Assembly: GCA_014729795.1 (NCBI GenBank)
Contig: WJJI01000021.1
Span: 1 to 57,471 of the forward strand
Origin: Candidatus Moraniibacteriota bacterium
GTDB lineage: Bacteria > Patescibacteriota > Minisyncoccia > CAIUEV01 > JAHKAQ01
Direction: 5' to 3'
DNA length: 57,471 nt
Positions 1 through 9,302 of this stretch are shown piece by piece; position 1 is the first letter of the stretch; every line of letters begins with the position of its first letter. The position numbers were made by a program, and so were the translations under genes. The notes below the pieces were generated by a model. It searched no databases, had not been told where the DNA came from, and saw only the letters and a program-made list of their open reading frames with translations.

Positions 1-734
1 ATTTGAGTTAAAGCGTCGGCCACGTCGGCATCTTGAATGATTACTCCTTGGATATGGCGGTGGGAGAAGATTTCAACGTAGTTGGCGTAAATACGAATGG
101 AGATTGAGCTTGAATATTTGTTTGGATCAAGAGCTTTGATCTCGGTGCCATATTTTTTTAGCTGTTTAAAGGAACGTAGATATTTTTTGATAATGGTTGA
201 ATGATGAACCGTGATATTTTTGCTTTTTATTTTTAATTTTTCTTTGGTTTCATTAACTTCGTCAAATAAATCAAGAACCTGTTCAGGAGTACCAACGGTG
301 TGAGCCTGAAATGATAAAAAGTAACGATCTTTAATGGGTTTTTTTTTCATAGTATTAAAAAATTGACTATACATTTCTTTGATGCTATCAAGGCCTTCGT
401 AGTAAGCAACGCTTACCTTTTCGTCACGTTTTTTCTTGATAGCCATAAGTTCGGGCAGAATTTTTTGCGCGTTGTTAAGTCGTTCTTTAGCGACGGTAAG
501 GCAAATTTCCGGAGACTCGGCTTTGTAAGTTTTTTGGGAGTACCTGGGAATTTTATAAGCAAAACCTTTGGCTACAAGCTGATCCAGTATTACATAAGTG
601 GTTGATTTTTTAAGACCGCTGATTTTAGAAACAGCGTAAGAAGTGTTTTTGCCCGATTGTAATAAAGCCAGATAAACCCTGGCCTCTTTTTCATTAAGTC
701 CTAAATTAGCAAGAGCTTTGCACAGAATTTGCAT
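1..734 (-). CDS. TrmB-family transcriptional regulator (partial; C-terminus runs off the left edge)
   Basis: Reverse complement from the ATG at 734 reads MQILCKALANLGLNEKEARVYLALLQSGKNTSYAVSKISGLKKSTTYVILDQLVAKGFAYKIP..., a TrmB-type N-terminal winged-helix. The frame stays open to position 1, which explains its absence from the stop-delimited ORF track. Confidence 0.7.
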   Translation of the reverse strand, partial: MQILCKALANLGLNEKEARVYLALLQSGKNTSYAVSKISGLKKSTTYVILDQLVAKGFAYKIPRYSQKTYKAESPEICLTVAKERLNNAQKILPELMAIKKKRDEKVSVAYYEGLDSIKEMYSQFFNTMKKKPIKDRYFLSFQAHTVGTPEQVLDLFDEVNETKEKLKIKSKNITVHHSTIIKKYLRSFKQLKKYGTEIKALDPNKYSSSISIRIYANYVEIFSHRHIQGVIIQDADVADALTQ

Positions 735-1422
735 AATTTGATTATAATTGTTACAAAATAATTCTTAGTTTAACCCTTTGCGACTCTATAAGTCAAGAAT
801 AATGATGATTTTTTTTAAAACGAGAGGTTTGATAAAATTTTTTAAAGCCTTAGATTAGTCAAAAACATTGACTTATTTGATAATTAATCTATAAAACACA
901 AAGATAATTCACGATATGTATGCAGGAGTTTTTGAAAAACAAATCAACAACTATCGCGCTAATTTTTAATTTTCGGCAAATTTTTTGAAATTAATTTTAA
1001 TCATAGTTAAACGATTAGGCCTTGAAATGAGTTTTAAAAATTTCCTCAAAGAATGAAAATTTCGCCGCGTTGCTTGATTTTTAGAAGTTTCTGAACGGAA
1101 TTGGATTTAGCCGTGTATTTTTAGAATTTTGAATTTTTGTTATAATAAAAGTAGATAAGTAAAAAACGAACACCCTAGAACCAAATTAAATAAGTAATAA
1201 TATTACTAACACGTTAATGAAAATTAAAAAATTAAAAAACAGTTTACAGTCGAATAAGGCCAAATGGGAGTTGGCTAATGCCGGAACAAGCGGCGATACC
1301 ATGGACAGCAGAAAAAAGAATCATAAATAATGCTTGAGAAAAGATCGAGGAGTTGTATAGATGAGTTTGCAGAGAATATTTTTCCGGGCATAATAATATT
1401 TTAAAAACTATAAATTGCTTGT

Positions 1423-2523
1423 ATGACAAAGAAAGCCAGGAAGTTAATTGATTTTTGGAAATTGGGAGTGAACGGGCGACTTAACCAAGCGGCATTACTA
1501 AAACAATTGAGGCGGCATTATCCGCCTTTTTTAAGTGTGAGGATGACTCGCCATTGTATTCTAAACTGTCAACATTGTTTATACCCCAAAGCTAATGTTA
1601 AAGATTTTGATCGCGTGAATTTAAGAAGAATCGGGCTGGTTATCCAAAGCGCGGCCAAGGTCGGTATAAAGCATTTGATTTATACGGGACGGGTATTAAA
1701 GAAGCGACACTTGGATTTATTAAAAAAAGCGCAAGATTTGGGCATGAAGTTGTATTTGATTGATAACGGCAGCGCCGCAAAATTGCTTGAGGATATTAGG
1801 CAAAAAGGATTATTTTTTGACGGCGGAATTGATATTTCCATTGATGGAGACAAGCAGACTCATGAAAAGCAACGAGGACCAAACAGTTTTAATTTGGCTA
1901 TTCAGGGAGCTAAAAAATTAAGAGAGGCGGGCAGCGGGATTTCGGTTACCGCGACCGCTTCCAGTATAAATTATCAGAGCATAACGCGGGGTTTGGTAAA
2001 ATTGCGCGGACAATTGCCTTTTGTAAAAGTTTGGCAATTGGCAACTACGGTTAGTTTCGCGCATCATAAGAAAAGAATGAACTTGAATAAACAGGAAATG
2101 AAGACTCTGTTTGCAAATTTTAAAAAATTTGTTCAAAAATATGATTTAACGTTGGCTATTTATCAAAACAATGATATGGAGCCGATTCTAAAGGATTTAA
2201 ATAAGATCGGTAAGCCGGAATTTAAGTATATATCAATGTTTTGGTCTTTGGGAAAAGGCAAGGTGAAATACTTTCCGGAATCGATTGTGGTTAGTGAAGA
2301 AATACCGATTGACGCTGATGGAACACATTATTTACCATTTAAAGCCGATTATCATTTAGGAGAGCGACCAGCCGAATATGCCAGCGATTCCGATTTGATT
2401 ATCCGGGATCCGGATAAAAGTTATGAAGCGCTTGTGCAGAAACACTGGGAGACGCAAGGTAAATATAAATTTGAGCAGGAAAAACGGATGTTTGGGAAAT
2501 TGAAAAATATTGTTAATTCTTAG
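1423..2523 (+). CDS. Radical SAM domain protein
   Basis: CX3CX2C cluster motif near the N-terminus (RHCILNCQHCLYP). No other Cys-rich (SPASM-like) region is present. 366 aa. Confidence 0.65.
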   Translation: MTKKARKLIDFWKLGVNGRLNQAALLKQLRRHYPPFLSVRMTRHCILNCQHCLYPKANVKDFDRVNLRRIGLVIQSAAKVGIKHLIYTGRVLKKRHLDLLKKAQDLGMKLYLIDNGSAAKLLEDIRQKGLFFDGGIDISIDGDKQTHEKQRGPNSFNLAIQGAKKLREAGSGISVTATASSINYQSITRGLVKLRGQLPFVKVWQLATTVSFAHHKKRMNLNKQEMKTLFANFKKFVQKYDLTLAIYQNNDMEPILKDLNKIGKPEFKYISMFWSLGKGKVKYFPESIVVSEEIPIDADGTHYLPFKADYHLGERPAEYASDSDLIIRDPDKSYEALVQKHWETQGKYKFEQEKRMFGKLKNIVNS

Positions 2524-2702
2524 CGTTTACGAACCTGGCTGGTTTTAGATAAAATGTTGATTTTTTTTGACGATACCATGCTCAATACGTTTTCAAAAAT
2601 CTTCGCGATATACTAAAAATCTCCCAAAACAAATTAGGAAGAATTGTAAGTGTGTGATGATTGTGGTAAGTTTATAGAAACTATAATAATTAAAATAAAA
2701 TC

Positions 2703-5700
2703 ATGTTTATCACCGGTTTAGCGCGGTTAAAAAAGCGGTGGATTTTATTAATATTGGGAATCCTTGTTTTTGGTTTTTTAAGTTTTGTAATAAACACGTC
2801 CAAGACCAAAGCCTTAGAAGACCAGGAGTCGACCATAAAAATATATTACAAAAACGAATATCAAGAATTTGGCTTAATTCCGCAAACAATACACGATGCG
2901 CCTCGGTTGACCTTTGATTCGGATACAATGAAGGATCAGATCAAGATTAGGGTTTTTAAGGCGGGGGCGCGGGATCTTTTAAAACATTTAACTCATGATA
3001 AAAAACACAAGCAAACTTTGCCCAAGCCCAATAAAGCCGGAATGAGCCAATTAACAGAATTTAGTATTACAGCGGGCAAGAAAGAAACGGTTGATTTACC
3101 GATTGAAAAGATTGGAATATATTATGTGGAGGCAACCGATGGCGAGATGGAGCAAGGAGTTTTTTTATTAAGGAGCGGCTTAGGGGTTGTTTTGAAGCAA
3201 GCAGAAGATCAGCTTGTGTTTTGGTGTCAGGACTTGCAAACCAAACGCTCGTTACAGGGAGCAGAGATTGTGGCCTATAATTTACTTTACGGTCGGTCAG
3301 TCGTTGAGCGCAGCATGAGCGGAAATGATGGCATTGGGAAAATTTTGGCCAGTAAAGATGTTGATATTGTTATTGTTAAGAATGGTAACGATTATGCCTT
3401 AGTGCCAGTGAATTTGCGTTATATTAACATGGAGCACGATTATAACGTAAGTAATTTTAAGGCCGAGGAACCAGAACAGGCAATCTATATTTTTACCGAT
3501 CGACCAATCTATAAACCGGGAGACAAGGTTTATTATAAAGGCTTCATGCGCCAAGACTTAGATGGAGAATTATGGATTAAATCGGGCAAGGTCTTGGTTG
3601 AGGCTTATCTGAGGCATGGTCAAGACAAGGAAGTAGTTTATAAGCAAACCTTGGAGGTTTCGGAGTGGGGCGCTTTTAATCATGAATTTAAACTGCCGAA
3701 AAGCGCTAAGACAGGAAATTATTCTTTGAGAGTGACCATTCCCGACAATGACGACCAACAAAGAAATCCCCTTTATTATTATTTTAGGAATTCGGGTTTG
3801 ATTAATTTTGAGGTTCAATATTATCAAAAACCAGAATACACTTTAGAGGTTGAAGCCTTAAAGGATAAATATCAAGCGGATGAAGAGGTGGAAGTTGACA
3901 TTGAGGGAAAGTATTTTTTCGGTCAACCGGCGGCGAATCAGCAAGTAAATTATGAGATTTTTGCTAGAGAAATTAATACTATATATTATTCTAAAGATAG
4001 ATTAAAAAATTTGAGTCCGGAAGATTATTATAAATATAGGTCATATAAAAATCAATCAATAAAAAGCGGTCAAGTTAACTTAGATCAACTTGGCAAAGCT
4101 CAAATAAAATATAAAGCAGCTGAACTGGTAGATGATAATAGCCTTTTTTTTGTGACCATCCAAGTCTCGACTCAGGATCAAAGCAACAATCCGGTTGTAG
4201 CTCGGACTACCACATTGGTACAAAAAGGGGATTTTGTTATTCTTAACCAAAACGATCAGTATGGTTGGCAAGTTGATCAGGAAAAGGAACTGAATTTTGA
4301 ATTATTTTCAGACAATCAAGAAAAAGTTAAAAATGTTGAAGCGCAAGCTCGGATTGTGCGGAATTGGTGGTCTTATCAGGGTGAAAAGGCGGAAAATCAA
4401 ACTGAAATTATGCAAACACTAACTACAACCTCGGATAGTCAAGGCAAATTTAGCTTTAAGTTTAATCACAAGATACCCGGTAGTTATTATATTTTGATTA
4501 CGGCTAAGGATAGCCAAGATCGGGAAATCAAAACAACGTATTTTTTTTGGGTAAACGGTAATAGCAATAATCAAGATTTTCAAAAAAACAGGGATCTGAA
4601 ATTACAAACCGTCAAGGGGGAGATCGGTTCGAAACAAGACACGCAAATAAAATATGCGCCCGGGCAAACGGCTATTATTAATGTTAGTTCAGGTATGAAG
4701 AATCAGGACTTGCTTTTCACCACTGAAAGAGGTTTTTTAAAGGATTTTCAAATAATCAGTTTAGATGAAAATGGGAGCGCGACTGTGGAAATTCCCGTTC
4801 GAGAAAGTTATATTTCGAATATGTATTTTTGCGGCGCCGGTTTTGATGAACAGGGGTTGGAAAACGATTGTGCTGAGATTGACGTTGAGAACAACACCAA
4901 GGCCGTGTCTTTCCATGTAAAGACCGATAAAAAGGAGTATAGTGTTGGAGAGCAGGTAAACATGGAAATTTTGGCTTTGAATAGTGATGGCGACCCGGTT
5001 CAAGCTGAAGCCGCGGTTTGGAGTGTGGATAAAGCCATTTATGAATTAGCTGAGGATAAACAGAGAAATATTTTGGACTTTTTTTATCGTCACAGGACAA
5101 ATGACACCAATGAAGCGCATTCATTACAGGGGATTTCTATTTACGCGGCGGAAATGGGAGGTTGTTTTCCGGGTTATACCAAGGTTTTAACCGCTAATGG
5201 CGAGGAAAAACAGATCAAAGATATTGAAATCGGAGATCAAGTGTTAACCAGGAAAAATCTGCATGATTCGAATCTGGTTAAAGCCAGGATTAAAAACAAA
5301 ACTCAAGTTAAGGTTGATGGTTATATAAATATTAATGATCGACTCAAGATTACCCCGGAACATTATCTATATTTAAATGCTCGATGGCAGCGGGCGGACA
5401 AAGTTAAGGTTGGGGATAATTTGCTTGATAAAGACGGGAAAGAAGTAAAAGTAAAAAAAATTGAATGGCGAAAAGACAAACAAGTTTTTTATAATCTCGA
5501 AATTGAACATAAACATACATTCTTTGCTCAAAACATATGGGTGCATAATAATAAAGGCGGGATTGGAATGCGATCGGTTTTTGAGGATATGGCTTACTGG
5601 AATCCAACGGTTCGAACAGACAAGAACGGTAAGGCAAAAATATCTTTTAAATTACCCGATAATCTAACCACTTGGGTGTTGCAGGCAACCGGTATGACTA

Positions 5701-7895
5701 AAAACAATGAAGCGGGTCAAAGCTTTAAAGAAATAGTTGTGACCCAAGATGTGATTGTGAGGCCAATTATGCCTAAGGTTTTAAGAAATGAAGACAAAAT
5801 TGTAATTTCCGCTTTGGTGCATAATTTTACTCAAAAAACCCATGAATTCAGAGTAGATTTTGAATTTGATGCCGGAGAAGTCAAGCAAAAGCAAACGCGA
5901 ATAATCTTAGAGCCTAACCAATTAAAACAGGTGTATTTTGAGGTTGAACCTAAGATTGTCAAACAAAACGCAAAGATTAGCATTAAAGCCCAATCGATAA
6001 ATAATGAGAATATTGGAGACGCTATCGAAAAGGAAATCCCGGTAAAGCGTTTTGGTTTCATTGAGAAGATATCGGAATCTAAAAAAGGCAACGCTGAGTA
6101 TAGTTTTTCTTTTCCTGAAGATGCGGTAAACCGGGATAGTAAAGCCACGGTTTCGGTTTTTGCTTCCTATTTGGGAGCCTTGCCGGAGGCTATGGATTAT
6201 TTAGTGAAATATCCTTATGGTTGCGCGGAACAGACTACCAGTCGATTTGTGCCAATTGTGATAGCCAAGGAAAATCCGGAATTGTTCGCTCAAATTCATG
6301 AACAGAAAGAGTTGGACAAAATGATGGACCGAGGTTTGGAAAGATTGGCTAAATTACAGAATAATCGAGGCGCATGGAGTTGGTGGGGAGGAGATTATGA
6401 TGATTTTTTCTTAAGCGCTTATATCGTTGAATATTTGGTGAGAGCAGAAAAAGTCGGGGCGGAAGTTGATCCAATGATAATTGAGCGGGCTAAAAAATAC
6501 TTTGAAAGCTATCATGATAGAAATTTTGCTCAGAAAATTGACGAGTTTGAGTTTGGATTGGATCGGGGGGATAGAATCGCGATTATTTACGCTTTGACCA
6601 AATTAGATTCTGAAAGTGAATTTAGATACACCAGAATTGATAATTTTAATGATTTGCCAATGAATTATTTATTTATGGCAATTTCAGCTAACTTAGCCAA
6701 TGGTTATACAGATAAATCCAGCAATGGAATAGAGTATTTGTTAAATCGGTTAGAGGTTGAGGGAGATAGAGCGTATTTTAAAGAAACGTCGAATTGGAAT
6801 TATGGTTCAAGAGCGGGTTCAAATGCTTTGGGGTTGCGGGCAATGATTGCGGGCGGAGTGGATCAAGGTTTAACGACTAAATTAGTCAGGCAAATTATGC
6901 TTAATAAAGAAAAAGGCTATTGGTATAATAGTTTTGTTACGGCGCAAACCATTCAAGCTTTGGTAGATTATTATCATTCTCAAGGTTTGGATCAGGTTGA
7001 AACGCAATATCGGATCTTGTTAAACGGACAGGTATTTAAAACCGGGTTAATTAAAAAGTACAACCAGACTGATATTTTTGAATTGCCGGTTGATAAAAAT
7101 GATTTGGATGAAAATAAAATAGTAATAGAGAAGATTGACCAGTTTAACAACCAAACCAATAACCAAAAATTATTTTCAAATTTTAGAGCCGAATTATACC
7201 GAACCTTAAGAGAACCAGGACCTAAGGAACAGAATATGAAGATTCAAAGACGGTATATTAATTTTAGTCGACCGGATCAGCCAATAGCGGTTGGGGATAC
7301 AGTAAAAGTGGAATTAAAGGTTGAATCCCAAACGCCGATCAATTTTACGATTATCAAAGACGAATTACCCAGTGGTATGGTTTTTGTCAACCGAGAATTG
7401 GATAACGAGCCGGATAACATGGATCCTCCATCACGTAATTATTCGCAAGCGCGGGAAACTATTAGCGGAGCGGAATTGCCTATTCGTTGGTGGCGTTCAG
7501 ATTCGAATTATTATTATTTTGCTAGAGCGGTAAATGCCGGAGATTTTTTTGCTCCGCCGGCTTTAGTAGAGGCTATGTATGATCCGGATTATTTTGCTCA
7601 ATCCAAGGTCCAGCAAATCAAAATCGATCAGGCTCTCGCTGATCCAGAAAAGCAAGATGAAACCGGTTTTACAACGATTTACGGTCAAGACAGAATAGGC
7701 AATAAAGCCTCAGGCGTCTTAGTGTTAGTAATTTTAGTTATTATTTCGGTTTTACTAAGCACAGGCATGGTTTTAGTTTTAATATTACAAAAACGTTATA
7801 ATATTTTAGGTAAATTAAAAAATAAAATGAAAACTTGGCCAGCAAGGACTAATCGATCAAGACAAAAAGACCAACAGGATGAAAAACAAGATTAG
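2703..7895 (+). CDS. Alpha-2-macroglobulin family thioester protein, membrane-anchored, with an inserted Hint domain
   Basis: 1730 aa. N-terminal hydrophobic anchor (WILLILGILVFGFLSFV). Bait-region-domain-like WSVDKAIYELAEDKQRNILDFFYRHR. MG7-type FEDMAYWNPTVRTDKNGKAKISFKLPDNLTTW. Thioester motif YPYGCAEQTTSRF (GCAEQ at 6219-6233). C-terminal TM helix GVLVLVILVIISVLLSTGMVLVLIL. Confidence 0.9.
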   Translation: MFITGLARLKKRWILLILGILVFGFLSFVINTSKTKALEDQESTIKIYYKNEYQEFGLIPQTIHDAPRLTFDSDTMKDQIKIRVFKAGARDLLKHLTHDKKHKQTLPKPNKAGMSQLTEFSITAGKKETVDLPIEKIGIYYVEATDGEMEQGVFLLRSGLGVVLKQAEDQLVFWCQDLQTKRSLQGAEIVAYNLLYGRSVVERSMSGNDGIGKILASKDVDIVIVKNGNDYALVPVNLRYINMEHDYNVSNFKAEEPEQAIYIFTDRPIYKPGDKVYYKGFMRQDLDGELWIKSGKVLVEAYLRHGQDKEVVYKQTLEVSEWGAFNHEFKLPKSAKTGNYSLRVTIPDNDDQQRNPLYYYFRNSGLINFEVQYYQKPEYTLEVEALKDKYQADEEVEVDIEGKYFFGQPAANQQVNYEIFAREINTIYYSKDRLKNLSPEDYYKYRSYKNQSIKSGQVNLDQLGKAQIKYKAAELVDDNSLFFVTIQVSTQDQSNNPVVARTTTLVQKGDFVILNQNDQYGWQVDQEKELNFELFSDNQEKVKNVEAQARIVRNWWSYQGEKAENQTEIMQTLTTTSDSQGKFSFKFNHKIPGSYYILITAKDSQDREIKTTYFFWVNGNSNNQDFQKNRDLKLQTVKGEIGSKQDTQIKYAPGQTAIINVSSGMKNQDLLFTTERGFLKDFQIISLDENGSATVEIPVRESYISNMYFCGAGFDEQGLENDCAEIDVENNTKAVSFHVKTDKKEYSVGEQVNMEILALNSDGDPVQAEAAVWSVDKAIYELAEDKQRNILDFFYRHRTNDTNEAHSLQGISIYAAEMGGCFPGYTKVLTANGEEKQIKDIEIGDQVLTRKNLHDSNLVKARIKNKTQVKVDGYININDRLKITPEHYLYLNARWQRADKVKVGDNLLDKDGKEVKVKKIEWRKDKQVFYNLEIEHKHTFFAQNIWVHNNKGGIGMRSVFEDMAYWNPTVRTDKNGKAKISFKLPDNLTTWVLQATGMTKNNEAGQSFKEIVVTQDVIVRPIMPKVLRNEDKIVISALVHNFTQKTHEFRVDFEFDAGEVKQKQTRIILEPNQLKQVYFEVEPKIVKQNAKISIKAQSINNENIGDAIEKEIPVKRFGFIEKISESKKGNAEYSFSFPEDAVNRDSKATVSVFASYLGALPEAMDYLVKYPYGCAEQTTSRFVPIVIAKENPELFAQIHEQKELDKMMDRGLERLAKLQNNRGAWSWWGGDYDDFFLSAYIVEYLVRAEKVGAEVDPMIIERAKKYFESYHDRNFAQKIDEFEFGLDRGDRIAIIYALTKLDSESEFRYTRIDNFNDLPMNYLFMAISANLANGYTDKSSNGIEYLLNRLEVEGDRAYFKETSNWNYGSRAGSNALGLRAMIAGGVDQGLTTKLVRQIMLNKEKGYWYNSFVTAQTIQALVDYYHSQGLDQVETQYRILLNGQVFKTGLIKKYNQTDIFELPVDKNDLDENKIVIEKIDQFNNQTNNQKLFSNFRAELYRTLREPGPKEQNMKIQRRYINFSRPDQPIAVGDTVKVELKVESQTPINFTIIKDELPSGMVFVNRELDNEPDNMDPPSRNYSQARETISGAELPIRWWRSDSNYYYFARAVNAGDFFAPPALVEAMYDPDYFAQSKVQQIKIDQALADPEKQDETGFTTIYGQDRIGNKASGVLVLVILVIISVLLSTGMVLVLILQKRYNILGKLKNKMKTWPARTNRSRQKDQQDEKQD
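5163..5549 (+). other. Hint / mini-intein-like (BIL-like) domain inserted in the A2M bait region
   Basis: Starts with Cys (CFPGYTKVLTANGE, block A) and has a TxxH block B (KITPEHYLYL). Ends with block F/G NLEIEHKHTFFAQNIWVHN. 129 aa with no endonuclease domain. The residue after HN is Asn, not Cys/Ser/Thr. Confidence 0.8.
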
Positions 7896-8853
7896 CCATT
7901 TAAGCGTTGCCTTGCTGATAATTTTGGTTTTAGTCGGGGGTTATTGGTTAAATAAGGCAAAAGAACAAACAGTTAAAATTGAAGTCAAGGCAGAACCAAA
8001 AAAGCAATTAAAAACCAAAAACTCGTTTTTTGTAGATGAGGCAACAATCAAGAATAACAAAGCAACAGATTATCAAATTTACCCGACAAGAAGTTTTGAT
8101 CCGCGGTTGGCTCCTCAGGCTTTGAAAAAACAATATCACAAATTAGACTTGAACGGCTCAATAAGAGGCGCGATTGTGCCGCATCATTTGTTAGCCAGTT
8201 CATTAATCGCGGAGGTTTTTAGCCAGCTGGAATCAGAAAACATTAATAAAGTTATCGTGATTGGGCCAAACCATTTTGAAAAGGGAGAAGCTCGGGTTAT
8301 TTTAAGCGATTGGGGCTGGCGATTGCAGGGAGGTAGCTTGGTAAAGCCGGCTGTTTTTGAAACAAGAGCAATAGCGCAAAGATGTAGTTTTTGTTCCATT
8401 GAGCCTTTGGTGGTGGAGAATGAACACGCCATCGCTGATTTGACTATTTTTATTAATCATTTTTTGCCTAAAGCTAAGCTCATGCCCATTATTGTCAAAC
8501 AAGGCAGTTCTTTAGATCAAGCGCGAGAGCTGGGGCGGTTGCTAGGCAAAATTGCCGATCAAAACACAGTAATTATTGCTTCGGTTGATTTTTCTCATTA
8601 TTTGGATAAACAGCAAACCAAGGGTAAAGACAAGCAATCATGGAAGGCGATAAGGAATGGGGATTTGGTCAAAATTAAAACCTTTAATAATGATAATCTT
8701 GACTCTCCCGGTTCAATAATTGCATTATTGGAAGCTATGAATTATTTAAATGCGAATCAGGTGGAAAAAATTAGAAATACTTGCTCGCAGGAAATAATGC
8801 ATGATGCCATGGCAGAAAACACCAGTTATATAACGGCAGTTTTTGTTGATTAA
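7879..8853 (+). CDS. Memo-like protein (AmmeMemoRadiSam system protein B family-like) with N-terminal TM anchor
   Basis: Motif order matches the MEMO1 family: GAIVPHHLLA, VIGPNHF, ENEHAIADL, MPIIV, ASVDFSHYL. N-terminal helix LSVALLIILVLVGGYWL. The ATG overlaps the A2M 3' end by 17 nt. Confidence 0.65.
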   Translation: MKNKISHLSVALLIILVLVGGYWLNKAKEQTVKIEVKAEPKKQLKTKNSFFVDEATIKNNKATDYQIYPTRSFDPRLAPQALKKQYHKLDLNGSIRGAIVPHHLLASSLIAEVFSQLESENINKVIVIGPNHFEKGEARVILSDWGWRLQGGSLVKPAVFETRAIAQRCSFCSIEPLVVENEHAIADLTIFINHFLPKAKLMPIIVKQGSSLDQARELGRLLGKIADQNTVIIASVDFSHYLDKQQTKGKDKQSWKAIRNGDLVKIKTFNNDNLDSPGSIIALLEAMNYLNANQVEKIRNTCSQEIMHDAMAENTSYITAVFVD

Positions 8854-8920
8854 GTATGAAAATTGACGAGTTGAACTGGTTTGATAAACTAGAAATAAAG
8901 ATAATAATTAATTAAAAAAC

Positions 8921-9235
8921 ATGACTAAACACAAATCAGATAAAGAATTGGAAAAAGCAAAAAAGGAAATGCAAGATTCCCTGGCTAGGGTTAGAGATTT
9001 AATCGAAGCTAAGAGCAAGGATTTTTCCGAAGGAGCAAAAGAAAAATACGAGGAGTTTAGCGAAAAAGCTCAAGAAGAAATAAAGCGAATGAAAAAAGAA
9101 ATGAATGAGGCAATGGAAAAAGCGGAAGAATATGTAAAAGATAATCCTAAAAAAGCAACCGCGATTTCAGCCTCGGTTGGTTTGATGGTTGGAGCTTTGG
9201 GAGCCTTGATTTGGAAAGCCAGAAAGAAAAAATAA
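8921..9235 (+). CDS. DUF883/ElaB-YqjD-like tail-anchored protein
   Basis: Charged helical N-terminus followed by NPKKATAISASVGLMVGALGALIWKARKKK, the typical ElaB/YqjD C-terminal anchor. Confidence 0.5.
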   Translation: MTKHKSDKELEKAKKEMQDSLARVRDLIEAKSKDFSEGAKEKYEEFSEKAQEEIKRMKKEMNEAMEKAEEYVKDNPKKATAISASVGLMVGALGALIWKARKKK

Positions 9236-9280
9236 CATATATTGAGCTTGGTTAACAATCATAGTAAAATATTTTCTTTG

Positions 9281-9300
9281 TCAGCGGGTAAAACCGCTGA
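9281..9300. terminator. Hairpin between convergent genes (putative bidirectional terminator)
   Basis: TCAGCGG-gtaaaa-CCGCTGA followed by TTTTATTTT. Lies between the 8921-9235 (+) and 9303-11096 (-) genes. Confidence 0.5.
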
Positions 9301-9302
9301 TT

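Noticed and set aside
363-605. 80-aa plus-strand ORF
   Set aside because: It lies antisense to the TrmB-family gene, whose protein sequence is clearly recognisable. The ORF itself has no motif.
916-969. 17-aa ORF (MYAGVFEKQINNYRANF) and other tiny ORFs in the 690-nt gap upstream of the radical SAM gene, considered as possible RiPP precursors
   Set aside because: There is no Cys/Ser/Thr-rich core, no convincing ribosome-binding site and no SPASM domain in the enzyme. Tiny ORFs are expected by chance in AT-rich spacer. The gap more likely holds divergent promoters and degenerate repeat copies.
1244-1429. 61-aa minus-strand ORF overlapping the radical SAM start
   Set aside because: It has no motif and lies in the promoter and 5' region of a recognisable gene, so it is likely spurious.
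5163-5552. Canonical self-splicing class-1 intein interpretation of the A2M insert
   Set aside because: The residue following the terminal His-Asn is Asn (then Lys), not the Cys/Ser/Thr nucleophile needed for standard transesterification. The insert is therefore reported as a Hint/BIL-like domain with an unresolved processing mode.
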